From the NCBI GenBank assembly GCA_051530055.1, contig CM121343.1, positions 2,884,389 to 2,948,388 of the forward strand: a DNA stretch of 64,000 bases, in the 5' to 3' direction. The position numbers were made by a program, and so were the translations under genes. Source of the DNA: Neoechinorhynchus agilis. Taxonomy: Eukaryota; Animalia; Acanthocephala. Position 1 is the first letter of the stretch; each line of letters starts with the position of its first letter. This document shows positions 1 through 13,034 of this stretch, piece after piece. The notes under the pieces were generated by a model that saw nothing but the letters and a program-made list of their open reading frames with translations, was not told where the DNA came from and made no database searches.

Positions 1-512
1 GGTTAAGACGATGGATTACATTATCGCCACAGAGATAAGTCGGTTTGAGGAATATCATGGCATTCACACGACTGCAGAGATCCAGTTCGACCTTCTGATG
101 ATGATTTACAACCTCCGGGGCGACTTTTCACGCTGAAAGTTTGCGCATACATAATGTCCGAGCTGTCTGTTGTCTTTTCCTCCGTCAACAGTGGTCTGAG
201 GTGACAAAAACCTCTTATAATTTTCTGCCATATGTGGAGGCTACAAGAAAAAGACAGTCGCAGACATGTCATCGCATTGTTAGTGTGCTAAGGGATTGAC
301 TTTTGATGGATATAAGCGTTGAAAGAGAAGGGACGGTGACTGTCTTTACCTGTTGGCGTGTGCAGGATAAATTTAAGATAGCACTTGATGTAAAGGGAGA
401 CCATTGTCCGAAAGCTAACATTCGGTATCAATTTCTCCCCATTGATAGTAGTCGAGACTCGTAGATATCTTTGTGTGTGTCAACCAACACTCGCTCGATT
501 TTTTCTCTGAGA

Positions 513-3500
513 ATGTCCAACGAACCAATCCTTCTTACGGTCGTAATTGATCAACTAATGCTCGAAAACTGCTGCAATAATCAACTCCCTTCAACCGTTG
601 TCCTGAAACTTGCGAATATCGCAACGCGAGTAGGAGATTTATGTGGGGCACTCGTGAACCATCTGAGCAATGGATGCAGTGTTTGTCAACGGGGACGGAA
701 TTCCGCATGTCTTTTTTATCCAGCACGAAACCGCTGGCTTTTAAAAAGCAAGTGGCCGCTCCATAAATACGGCATGCCAAGCAAAGCGAACAATAACAAC
801 GATCATGTGGTCGTCTATACTGCTAAAGTCAAACGTATAAAAATCAAACTGCCGGATAATACAGTTAGGACTCATTGGGTGGATTTCAGTGTTCGGACGT
901 ATCTGGTCGTCAGGGCCTTATGTCGCGAATTAGGTAAGTTCGTAATCAGTATTCCCAACGGGTCAGGGTTTTAAATATTCACAATTATATAACCTAGTTG
1001 CGCAATCAAATCTTTAACGTGGGTCCGTTTAAAAAAGCGACTATTCTGATTACAAAAATGATCGAAATGCTACCTGCAGCTATCAGGCTAGACGTCTTTT
1101 GAGTCATGTTGGTCTTTATCCAACCAATAGCTTTTTTGTGCTTCAAACTGAGCGAAATTGAAAAAATTACTGATGTGAGATTTAACAAATATAAGCGAAA
1201 TTTGCAAAGAAATGTAAGTGCTCCAAACTTAATTTTAAACCTACCGTAGACGCACGACTAACGACTAGTTAGGTTGTAAAAGAAACTTTTTAAATCGTGT
1301 GAAGGTAAATTGAGGCATTTAACAATTTCCAAACGTATAAAATATTAATAAAATTTATCTTATTTTATAAAATGCGAGATGCCTTGTACAACCGATGAAA
1401 AAAAAATTTTTAAATACTACATTCATTTAACAATGCTTGCCACAGTTGATCAAACTTTGCTTCGTTTATGTTAGACCGATTTTCAAAAGTAATAACTTGT
1501 TGAAAAGCGTTAGGCTTTCTAACGATCTTAGGCATTTAAAAAATTACAGTTTTTTTTAACAAAAAGAGTTTATAAATATCCACACCACCGCTTTGGACCA
1601 CTCAGCTACCATTCTATTGTAGTGGGCGAAAAGCGTTCTCCCCCATTGGGTCTGAAATAATTTCTTTATCAATTATATAGTAGTAACATTTATTTCAGTT
1701 ATTGAATATTTAAAAACTTTTAGCATTCTCCATGACTTCGGTATTACATTTTAAATTTATGGGGAGTCGACTTTCTCTGCGAAGTTTATAAATATATGAG
1801 TAATCTCATAAAAGTTGTTTCCGCTTAATATCATAACTAAATTCCGCCGCTGTATTCTTAAATTTGCACTTTCAAAAAATAATACACTACAAATTTAGCA
1901 AATCTTTGGAGTCCAAATGTGACAACTTTTGTGGAACGTGGAGGTTGCACTTTCTTCACAGCAATATTGTATATTTTAATAAAATTAGATTGCACTTTTG
2001 AAAGAAATCGACTTAACCAGGGCGCGAGAACGCAAAAATTCTATAAACGAACGTGCACTTTAACCGATTCTAGTAAAAACAAACCGCTAGTTTTTTAATG
2101 ATTATTTCAGGGATCTCTCATTCAGAGGAGTTAGGACTTCAAAAGCCTAGCATTCAAAATGGAAGTTTATTTTCTCGCGCTGGACGTACAAGTTCAATCC
2201 TGAGTCATTCATCGGCCACATCTATTGACCGGGGGCCGCTACAACGTCGACCCAACAGTATAACAGAATTCAACAACGGAATATCTTCACTGGTAAGTAT
2301 AATCTGAACTTTAAAGCTCACTCTCGTGCTTAAAGGGACGAAGTAGAGGGAACGGCCTTTTAAAGAAATTAAATCTTTCCAAATCAACAAGTAGACTTGA
2401 AGCCCTTGAATCCGCATCCTGTGCGACACTGTTTGAATCAGATGAACCGAGCCATTCGTCTACAAAGACTTTAGACAAGCACAGACGGTCAATGTCATCA
2501 TCAAAGGAAACAATATTCAATTCACTTAAAACGGGTCACAATAACGGTGCAATCCGAAATTATCTTGGAGACTTAGATCTTGCAGATGCGTGTATAACTT
2601 CAGCTCAAAAGATTGCCCAGTCTGCACTGTATTCTATTTTAGTTATTTTCATACCTTAAACTAATTTAATTAAGATGGTTGTCTTCTACGAAAAGTCTGA
2701 TGGAACAAAACGTGGTTGATGGAGATCTCCTGTTCCTCAAATTTAAGTATTACTTATTTATAGATTTGGATTCAGAGGTATGTTAGAAGGTGGGTTTTTA
2801 GTACAAATTATTTTACATTCTTTTTATTGTTCAAAAGAAGAGGTTTCATTAGAAGTGTTATTTAGAATTCTTCGCCTGGTAAATAATTTATTATTAAAAA
2901 AGTATAGAACATCGTCCGGTTCATCATCATTTGTTAGTTATTAAAAGACGCGAATTCCCGCAACAAATAAAAATAAAATTTCCGATAATTTTAGATATTT
3001 TGTGAAATTTGGTTAAACTTATAAATATTTTCGAAGCGCATAAAAATTTCGTCAACCCTTAAAAAAAGGTGGACACTATACGAGTTGCCCAATTGTTCGC
3101 CCAAGCAAGAAATGAAGTTATAAACGAGCTCGATTGTATCACCGAGGATCAACTATATACATTCGCTGGTCTACAGGTATTATTTTTTAAACATTTTACA
3201 AATTTGCATGCTGCAATAATTCAAATAGCTGCAAACTGAACTCGAATCAAGTGGTTATTCCGACCATGCACTCTATTATGACACTCAAGGAATCTACGCG
3301 AACCAAACATCTTTGAAGAAATGTGAGATCACTAAGAACAAGAACAGTAACGAGGAAGATCTACTAGCGAAAATCGATCATTGTCTAGCTGTGCTACCAC
3401 TTGATAATGTCAGATCGGATAGTGGAATATCGTCAGGCGTTCCATGGCGATGCGCGTCGTATATCCGATACGTAAAACTAAAAAAATATACATTTCGAGC

Positions 3501-5582
3501 ATATCGAATTAGAGCTATTCTTTAACGGCCATTTAAATAATCAATATTTTTGATCAGGTTTCCAATTTTAGAAAATGAAAAATATCACCTAATGGAAATT
3601 ATAGAACGATCGTACATTAAAGAGATTCACATTCTAGTCCCTCAACCGAAGTCTTTAAAAAAATTAACATTTTTTATTCAAATTAATTGGGAGAACTTTT
3701 TAAGTGCTTCAAAGAGGATAGACAACGAATGCCATCGTCCTATTTACAGCCGATATTTTTAAATTTAAAAGCCAAAACTATTCCTTTCAATTGGATAAAT
3801 AGATATTCATTGCATAAAAATACGAAAATTCTTTGTGTAGAAAACCAATTAATCTTTTATAAATCACATTAATACATTTAGAGGGCATGCGATGAAAAAA
3901 CCGAATTTGGGTATCAAAACGCAAGTATGCTGAAAATTTTAAAACGACATTTCAACTATAGATTTTTTTGACCCGCATCGCTAATTTGTCGGTTATTACT
4001 TAACACTTTCTCAAAAAATTTAATAAAAAAGCTGCAATGCAAAGAATAGATCTTTTAAAGGATTTTTCATCATTTGCGATGACGGTCCAAGCAGGGACGT
4101 TACTGGAGCAAGAATGCTAGTGTATAAAAGTGAGAATGATGCTAAACAGAAAAATCCCATCAGTCGTGGACTTATTGATGTTATTGATTTATTTGGTAAG
4201 TTCATGTAGAATTTCCACCAGTGCTCTTGACCAATCTCACAATTGCAAAAGGTTGTAAAATAGAAACTAATCTCACCAATGCAAAGGGCGCAAATCCAAG
4301 ATTCGTATTACGAATACAAGCATTTCTTTCCAAGGCATCGGAAATGTGGCTAAAATTTTATTCCGTTTGTATGTTTTTACCCGAATCTCGGCGAATGATC
4401 TTATAGGTTGACCTGTACGCAACGTGGACCGCTGCACTGCGAGTGGCTGCCCGTGGCGAAGGACTTAATGAGAACTCGTGCCTTGCTGAACAAGAAATTG
4501 TATTGATTGATCTTAGAATGAGAATTTGTAAACCTGAAATTGAAACTATTGCGGATGGTGAAAACAGCGATAAGGAACAAATGAATATTGAAGAACATGT
4601 TCAAAGTCTGGAGGTGGATTCAGAACTATATTTGGCACGGTGGTTCGTAAACAAGAAGAGTTTACGCTCAAAACCCAAAAATAGAGATGTAAGTTTCGTA
4701 AACATTTTGCAAGAACTCGTAACTAGAAAGATTAAATTGTATTTTTAGAAGTTCATAATTAATTTACCTTACAATATCTTATTTTTATCGAAAGAGGAAA
4801 AATAACCAAAAAATAACACATCGTGCCGGATTTCATTTCGTTTCAAAAAATATATAGTTCCCTACTTAAAAAAAATACACATTTTAATACCATTCAACTT
4901 CGGTTTGATCGAACAAATTGAACGATCGCATCTAGGCTTATAAATTTGAATCAGTCAAGTGCAACTCCATTTGGATTTGTATAAATATTTTTCATGTCCA
5001 AATATTTAGGCTACAGCCGAGAAGATAAAACATTTCCGTAGTTTTTATCGGCATTTTAATCTAAACGAGGCACGTCTTCGATACATCCAGCTATGGCAAT
5101 CCCTTCCTCAATTCGGACGAGTTTATTTCAATGTTCGATTCAATAAGCCGAATGCTCACGAGGTGCGGCGTGCCAGTGTTTAATTGATCATAAACATTCT
5201 AAGTTAGGAAATTCTATGTATAAGTCAATCAAAAATGGAACAAATAAACATGCACGGTCAAGTAGTTCAGTCTTGGACGTTCGCTCAGATAATTTCTTGG
5301 GATGTAAATTGGCGATTATTTCAAATTCAAATTAAGATTGAGGCCAACAATGAAGATTTGTCCAATGGAGACAATGTGCCAAAAGCGCTAAAAACGTATA
5401 TTTTGGCTGGATCTAAAAAGATTTGCCAATCGATTCATGAATATATCGGCGGATACATCTACGTTTCTCTTCGATTTTGTACAGACGTAAAAACGAGGAA
5501 TGAGAAATCTAGCGAGGGTGTCACTTCTGCAGGATTCATTGATGACAATCTATTCCTACAGCTCACGCGTGGAGGTTTTTGA
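513..5582 (+). CDS. FERMT: Kindlin / fermitin-family FERM-PH protein, multi-exon
   Basis: Exon translations match kindlin motifs in order: WLLKSKWPLHKYG, VDFSVRTYLVVRALCRELG|ISHSEEL, WLSSTKSLMEQ..LKFKYY, VAQLFAQAR..QLYTFAGLQ, PH segment KGCKIE..EMWLK, ATWTAALRVAARG, EARLRYIQLWQSLPQFG, WDVNW, IHEYIGGYIYVS. GT-AG introns were traced, e.g. 934-2110, 2293-2335, 5163-5207. One intron (3510-4055) is non-canonical. Confidence 0.95.
1560..1660 (-). repeat. Short dispersed repeat with a tRNA A-box-like segment (related copies near 17370-17445 and 41145-41210)
   Basis: Minus strand reads GGTAGCTGAGTGGTCCAAAGCGGTGG...TTTATAAACTCTTTTTG. The 17.4 kb copy shares AGCTGAGTGATCCAGGGCGGTGG and the same T-run tail. 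Confidence 0.4.
3510..4055 (+). other. Putative non-canonical TA-flanked intron with terminal inverted repeats (546 nt) in kindlin
   Basis: Starts TAGAGCTATTCTTT, ends AAAGAATAGATCTTT and is followed by TA; 12 of 13 terminal bases pair. Removal gives YTFRAYRIKGFFIICD. No GT donor exists after the conserved KLKKYTFRAY segment. Confidence 0.6.
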
Positions 5583-6289
5583 TCGAAATCTTATGGCGAT
5601 TGAAGAAATAAGTATTGATTATTGGGGTTGTAATGTTTAACTTTTAATGCATTCTATAAGAATCTAACAAGACGATAGCGTTGAGCACAAGCGTGAGTCT
5701 TTATTGATTTACTATTCAAGGCATACGAGTTGAAATCTGGTGGGGAGAACACCATGGATTTGCTTACTACAATATAAAATTTTCAAATTAGAAACATTTT
5801 TAATGTTGATATGTGAAGAGGTACCGAGGTATATGATTAGAAATGTTATTTTGGTCTTTACCCGGCAAAGAACGTTTTTATTAAATACGTTTTGAACCTC
5901 GTAAAGTTTATCATCAGTTTCTAAGTTTTGTACTATGTAAGCTCGTGAATTGTAAAGACTACAAAAATTTAAATGTGAAGGATTTTGTCAACCTTTTTTC
6001 AAGATCAATAAAGTTACAATAAAAGAAGGTTATTATTACGGTTAAAACAAAATGCGAATGAAAAGAGTCTTCAGCTGAATTTCGCTAATAACTACATATT
6101 TTTTTTGTCATTATTGTGAATCAATTTTTCGAAAGAGCGATCAATGCAGCGATTAAATTTTAAGCATTTTAACGGTTCACTAATTAGTGCAAATGATTAC
6201 TCTATAAAAGTAATAGCTAATTTTAGCATTCATATGGGTGGCTGGTAGTCTTTTTATAGATATGTTTTTTTTAAACGTAGGCGATTTAA

Positions 6290-6830
6290 TCCGTAAACAT
6301 GCATAATTTATAGTTTCATCAACGCTCCCATTCATCGGCGCTGGCCAAAATGCTGGCCGCATTGCCCCGCTGCACCGCAATGCTTATTTTTTGCGCCAAG
6401 AACGGCGTCAATCTTGGCTCTCCAGTCGCTGCGTAAATTCGTTTCCCCAAGTCCTTCACGAGAGCCAGTGCCGACCCTCCCAAGGTACGTTTCCACACCG
6501 GAGGGGACAAAATGGTAATTTCGGATTAGCGCCCTGTATTTTGAGCATTTCCGATCCTCTGCCGCCGTCGCCGCTCCTCCTGGACCTTTTTCGAGTGGCT
6601 GATGTTGGAGTTTGCCAAAACATTTTCCCTCCCGCCAAGGAATCCATCTAATCTACAAAGATTAGTGGGTTCTAGAGTGTTTGGGAGGGAAAGCGTTTTT
6701 AGGGTCCTACTCAGAATGGCATTGATTTCAGCATGCCTTGGAAATCGTCCCGATGACGTCTTGCATATGAGACCGTATCTCCCCGGAGCGTAACTATAGT
6801 GCCGCAGCGGCAGCGATGCGGGAATCCGTT
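6290..6830 (-). mobile_element. CRE-clade non-LTR retrotransposon, 3' fragment (degenerate)
   Basis: Translations PHRCRCG (zinc knuckle) and TGEPRLTPFLAQKISIAVQRGNAASIL, the typical C-terminus of CRE-like elements; frameshifted. Confidence 0.85.
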
Positions 6831-7060
6831 ACCGCCAGTGACGCACAACCAAAGAGGATGAAATACCGCTGAAGGGAGGAAACTCACTGATGAGTCTCGC
6901 TTCCTGGGGATATCTGAGGATTCGGAGGAATGTACAAGCTCTTTACCGTATGCATCAGAGTCTAAGTGATTCAATCACTTCTCCCATGCAGGAGATCGGT
7001 GTGCTGTGTGCCCAAGGAAAAATTAATAGCCGTGGAAAAAGGCCACACATTGATACTTAA
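6830..7060. repeat. Diverged single copy of the ~340-bp hairpin repeat family
   Basis: Shares CACAACCAAAG, GGAAACTCACTGATGAGTC, ACCGTATG and AAGTGATTCAATCACTT with the arrays at 13.3-15.0 and 55.8-57.3 kb. Confidence 0.75.
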
Positions 7061-8596
7061 TAAAAGTTACCGGCTGGCCAGTCTTCAAAAAATAAATTTT
7101 AATGGAAAGAATGTTCACTGGAAACAGTCCTCGGATCCATGATATGCACCAATTTCAATAAACGCTATTAAAAATGTCTTGTAATATTGTATTCGGGGGG
7201 GCAAGATACTCTCTTTTCTTAGTTTTGCTAACCCCCGGATTTAAATTTTTACTAATTTATTACCGATATTTAACGTCTGATAATTCCGACATTTCCCCGT
7301 TCCCAAGGTTTGCCATTGTTAGCAAGAAAAATACAGTCAGTGAATTTAAATCCGAGCTGGTAAAACTAGAAAAAATAAAGCTACTAAAAATATTGCAAAC
7401 TTGTGCCAAGCTTCGTGCCATTATGAATTTAAGTTCTACACTTAACGTCAAGCGTTATAATTTGCATATAATTAAAAAACGTGTCAAAACCATTGTGAGT
7501 GATTGGTTTTAGTAATCGTAGAAAAACGGCTTTATGTTTAATAAATCACGGTAAATTCATCGTTTATGATCATAGGATTTTATAAAAAGAATTCAAGACG
7601 TTGGCTAAAATATAGCTATTCAGCATGACTGCCTTGTCTAGATTACATAGAAGTAAGCATTTCCAAGCACGTAGAGAAAATAACGAGATAACAGTCGATG
7701 TGAGTTCGCGAATTGATATTTGGAATGACTTTTATACGTGTGCCTTGCTATAAACTTGATCGGAAATTTTATTCAAGTTCAGTGCTTTTAAAAAGGAGAA
7801 AATATTGGGATCAACGCCCGTATAAAAGCTTAAAAATTTGAATAGCACTATTATAAACATCTTCACATATGCAACCCTTCATTTTCACTGGCCATATAAA
7901 TTCTTGTATTCTCAATTCTACCGAAATGTTAGAGAAAAGTCGATAAACGCAACCGGCATGGTTGTTATCGAATATTCTCCAAAGCTTTTATAACCCATGT
8001 AGTTTATTGGATCACACAAACGCTTTGTGGTCGAAAGAACCCCGTTCATTTTGTTGCTAAATGTTAGCGTTAAAGGTGAAGCAATTAACGATTACTAAGT
8101 TTTCCATCTTCATTTCGAACCTGCATCGGATATCCACATCAACGCAAAAGGTAATATTGTTCTCTGCATCTAAACATCCGAAATCGCCTTTTATTAGGGC
8201 CCCAATGTTCCTCGAATTTACGTCTTTTATAAAATCAGCTCATAAAAAATTTGAAGTTTTCAAGTAAAAAATTATATTAGCTCAGAAAAATATTTAATTC
8301 TGTAAATAAGGTGACGTAACCACCGATTAGAAGAGAAAATATTTGCTTATTAAAGAAAAATAATAAACGTTATCAATAAAATGCTAAATATTCTTTTCTT
8401 CAGGGAATACGCTTCCAGTCATGCGAACAAAAGAAATGTATCTAACAGGTCAGCAGCAATACATCCCGAACCCGGCTCTGTAAATAAAAAACTTTTAAAA
8501 AAATGTTCTAACATATAAAATCCTTAAAATAATGAGGCACAATTATTTTCAACAATTATACGGACTATTCCAACAGAACCAGCAAATTTTCTTTTC

Positions 8597-9500
8597 CCGT
8601 AAAATTTTTTTAAAACGTATGAATTTCATCGTAACGCTTTAATATTTACTCTAGCGAAATTTAACGGTTTACTGGAAAATTTTTCATAAAAAGAAACGAA
8701 AATTGCGACACTTGCTTGTATTATTGAGTTTGAGATAAAGATAAGCAGATTTTCTTTTTAAAATCCAGTTTTTATCATTAAAAACTGATCTTGTGTGAAT
8801 TTTAAATAAATTCAAATAACCGTAAAAATTTTTTAAAACGTATGAATTTCATCGTAACGCTTTAATATTTACTCTAGCGAAATTTAACGGTTTACTGGAA
8901 AAATTTTCATAAAAAGAAAAGAAAATTGCGACACTTGCTTGTATTATTGAGTTTGAGATAAAGATAAGCAGAATTTCTTTTCAAAATTCAGTTTTTATCG
9001 TGAAAAGCTGATCTTATGTGAATTTTAAATAAATTCAAATAACCGTAAAAATTTTTTAAAACGTATGAATTTCATCGTAACGCTTTAATATTTACTCTAG
9101 CGAAATTTAACGGTTTACTGGAAAAATTTTCATAAAATGAAACGAAAATTGCGACACTTGCTTGTATTATTGAGTTTGAGATAAAAATAAGCAGATTTTC
9201 TTTTCAAAATTCAGTTTTTATCGCGAAAAGCTGATCTTATGTGAATTTTAAATAAATTCAAATAACCTTAAAAAAATTTAAAACGTATGAATTTCATCGT
9301 AACGCTTTAATATTTACTCTAGCGAAATTTAACGGTTTACTGGAAAATTTTTCATAAAATGAAACGAAAATTGCGACACTTGCTTGTATTATTGAGTTTG
9401 AGATAAAAATAAGCAGATTTTCTTTTCAAAATTCAGTTTTTATCGCGAAAAGCTGATCTTATGTGAATTTTAAATAAATTCAAATAACCTTAAAAAATAT
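8597..9500. repeat. Tandem repeat, ~223-bp unit x ~4
   Basis: A unit beginning CCGTAAAA..AAAACGTATGAATTTCATCGTAACGC recurs near 8597, 8820, 9043 and 9266. Confidence 0.95.
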
Positions 9501-9958
9501 TTTAACATACTAACAACGTATAAATTCTTTTAACTGTGTAACTTAATTTTAAACCATAAGATCATTCACACCACCGCTCAGATGCTTTAAATTGTTTCAT
9601 TAGCGAATAGATTACAGAATTTTGTTTCCGCTGCATTCACAAAAAAGCGTACAGTATAAGAAATTTTTGACTAACCAGCCGATTCTCGCAATTAAAAAAA
9701 TTTACCAAAAGATGACCATTTTTAACCGTAAAACTTGACTAGACAAAATATTGACATGCCCTCGCCCCAAACTGAACTTTAAAAGCAAAATTCATGAATG
9801 TCAGAATAAATTTAAATACACATCGTCATACTGAAGATCTGGAAGAAATGTAACTTCGTCAGTTTACGTCAGAATGGAGGACAGCAGTCGGTAGTCGAAT
9901 TGCTGAAAAACCCAGTGACATTCACTAATTTTTTGTTTCGTTTTTTTTTCAGATAAAA

Positions 9959-12065
9959 ATGCGTGAAGAATCCGTCTTGCCTGGATTCAACCACAAGCTT
10001 TGTAAACCCCGAAAAAATGAAATTAGGATCAAAGTTGAAATGAATCTCGTGAATTGCGACCGTGAGAAGTTTTCTACTACTGTTTTGGATTTTACAAAGT
10101 CTGTTGATAAGCGTGACGTCAAATCCGTGATCGATCCGTTCAGATTGCAGCCTCAAGGCCGGAAACGAGCTTTGCTCGATATTGTGGAAAGACGACGATC
10201 TGGTGGATGTAAAAGTGACGTTGGACCACTTAGACGCAGTCAGTATCCTTCCGTTTATTAGTTTTTTGAGGGTATTTCCTAATTAACCTTTCTTTATATA
10301 GCGGAAAAATTGAAGTATTTTATTGAATTCGGATTTTGCCCAAGTCTTGTGTGCCATTATGAAGGTTAACTGTTTTTATACGCGGAATGTTTTTTTTTTC
10401 AAGTGACTTATCAAAATCCGATGTTTTGGAGGCACACTCAATCTTGTGGCTTTGTTACAAAAGTGTAAAAAATTAGAGATAAAAGAGAAAGCTGTGAGTT
10501 CTATTTTATCCCGATTTTTTTACACTTTTGTAACAAAACCACTAGATTGTGTGTGTGTTCCTCCAAAATACCGGATTTTTATAAGTCATTTCAATTTTTT
10601 TTGTTCGCCGTCTAAAAAAACCGTGAACAATTCAATGTTCAAAGAGTCTTTGAAGTAAAGATACTACCGCTATATTGTGAACGATCTCGGTCAAGGCTAT
10701 GACAAATCGGATCCATTCATCGATGACAGTGAATTCGATATCGGAAATATTCAAGCTCGCAACTTGATAGGAGTGCGATCCAGCGACCGTTTTCGTCGAC
10801 GACTACCCGACTATGGGATAGTGTACGGCAAGTTGAAATTTGACAAGAATGACGATTACGACCTCGACAATTTGGAGGAGTGCATTGATGTGGACGATGT
10901 GGTGGGTTCGTACCACTGCTCAGGCGAATCAACCGATGCTGAGTCCGCGAACAAAGTTGGCAGTGAAGAAGAGATGGCGTCCATAAAGCAAGAACTGCAA
11001 CAAATGACAAATATCCAAGAGGCGGTCAGAATGGATATAGAGCGTTATTTGAATATTTGCGCTCGATTAAGAGCACAGAAGTCTCGGCTTTGGCGTTCAA
11101 ACAGCATAAGCAATAATTTGGTAAAAATCGACAATATTGTAGGTGGTCTTCAAAAGCCTGAGAATTCTCCATTGGCAGAAATATTAGCCCGAGCGACGAT
11201 AATGAAACGGGCGTCTCTTCTAAAACGTATCCAAAGAGCGCGTTCTTCATGCGATCAACCTATTGATCTTTGTTCAAGGATGTCGAAATTCAAACAGAGT
11301 TTGGACATTCTAATGGCTAATCACCAGATTGTTGATGATTCAAAGAAATTTCGGTTTAACGGTAGTCTTAGACGAGAACTTAAAGATATTGTGACTCTAA
11401 AAATGAAGAGTCTACTTCAATATGGTGATGAACATGCGATGAAGTCCTTAGAGTTGTTTGTGGCTGATGAGATTGTTGTCTTGTTTCGCGCTGATCTTCG
11501 AATTGAGCCATCAGCCGTTATAAAAATGTTCAAAGCAGATCTGGACGAGATTTCGGCTGAAAACGGACAAGCTGAGATAAAAAAAGAGAATTCAAGCGAA
11601 ATGCCGCATGTTATTCAAGACAAAACTCAAAACGTACGAATTATTTCTACAAACTATCAAGTTGAGGACAATTCAAGAAAGCGTACTCTTCAGCAACTAC
11701 CTCCGAATGTATCACCCGAGCCGTCAAAACGCCCAAATAATGATCAGTCTCCGTGTCGGTCGTTATTGAGACAACAACTCAACCCAGTGCGAAGGCATAT
11801 CATAACCTCGAATTCTCAGTTCATTCCGGTTCGGAGTCTTCAGATGGTTCCTTTCGGCCAAAGACCTCAAGTATTGAATGCCGTATCTGTCGCCCGCAAT
11901 GCTCATCAGAACTCCCCGCTTTTAAGAATCTTTTCTTGTCTTCGTCCAACAACCCAGTTTGGTGGTCGAATTGGTTTTAATTATCAGAGAAGTTCTAATC
12001 CAAATAACGTTCAACCTAATCGACCTCTACACCGACCGCATGGACCGAACGCTTCAAGTATGTAA
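9959..12065 (+). CDS. Ubinuclein/yemanuclein-like histone chaperone (HRD motif), at least 2 exons
   Basis: DLGQGYDKSDPFIDDSE is the Hpc2-related (HRD) motif. The upstream exon has IRIKVEMNL..DPF. The likely intron is 10243-10660. Confidence 0.75.
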
Positions 12066-12296
12066 AACGATGTGTTACGATATATGAACGCTCCTTATGA
12101 TGTAAAAAGAAATAAACCTGTCTAATCGAATGTTTTTTCTTTAAGTCGGGATTTTTCCGATTAAATATTTTTATGTTATTGATAGTTTCAACTTTTAAAC
12201 GGCATGATTTTATGTAATATTATTTATAATAGTAAAATAGGTATGAATAAAGTTTTTAATTTATTCCATTAAACAGAAGCACATTCATATCTATTA

Positions 12297-13034
12297 TTAT
12301 TGATCTTTCTTCGTTTCCACCACTGATGGGGTTTTTCTACTTTTCAATTCGATTGACAATGAAGACAAATGCTTCCGCTCCGCTTTATCAAGAACACTCA
12401 CACATATTTCGAACAACGCAGTGAATACTGCACAGCCCAAAGTACAAGATGAGAAGATTTGCACGATTAAAGATTTTCCTACTTTGCTGTGCTTCCAATC
12501 AGGTAGCCAATCAGATCGATATATTACTCTGTAAGCATAAATACTCGCACAAATCGAGCTGCAAATAAAGGCCACAAGTAAGGGCAAAAATACCAAAGAG
12601 CATTTTTCCTTTGGCTTTACTGAGTTGAGAATAATGAGGCAAACTACTAATAGTCCAATGTTTGCCATGAACAGAATTTGAATTGTAATAAGCCACGATG
12701 GCATGAACAAGCGCCTGAGTCTCTTTATTTCGAAGGAGAACGTACAAGATGCGCTCTTTTTTCAGTTGCAATTAAAAGAGCACATCATTTTAAAATAACA
12801 CCCGTCGTAAATTTTCCCATCGTAATCAAATGGATCTCGATAGTGGTCGAAACAAGCGCGATACAAGCCTAGTCTCGTGATTGAGCCAACCGTACCGGTA
12901 CGTCCTTCAATTCGTTTTGTATTAATATACCAATTGTTCGTAAATAGCGAATAAGTTGATAAAATAAAGGACAAAGTGCAGAGGATAAGAACGCTGTTTG
13001 ACCCAGAAGGAAAATGTGCTGCGAATTCCATCAA
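12297..13034 (-). CDS. Claudin/PMP22-superfamily tetraspan membrane protein
   Basis: Hydrophobic helices, the W..GLYRAC...GC extracellular motif and a DWLPDW..VGKS loop. The two track ORFs are in one frame, separated by a TGA that lies inside a 48-nt hairpin insertion. Confidence 0.75.
12745..12792 (-). other. Putative non-canonical TA-flanked hairpin intron (48 nt) in the claudin-like gene
   Basis: TAAAATGATGTGCTCTTTTAATTGCAACTGAAAAAAGAGCGCATCTTG|TA; 13-bp stem with one G-U; contains the in-frame TGA. Confidence 0.7.

Noticed and set aside
7860-7930. ATLHFHWPYKF resembling an integrin-alpha calf-2 motif
   Set aside because: The match is too short and there is no room for, or sign of, the other integrin domains.
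12762-12764. Selenocysteine, readthrough or variant genetic code at the in-frame TGA
   Set aside because: The TGA lies inside the removable hairpin insert, and other genes end at TGA normally.
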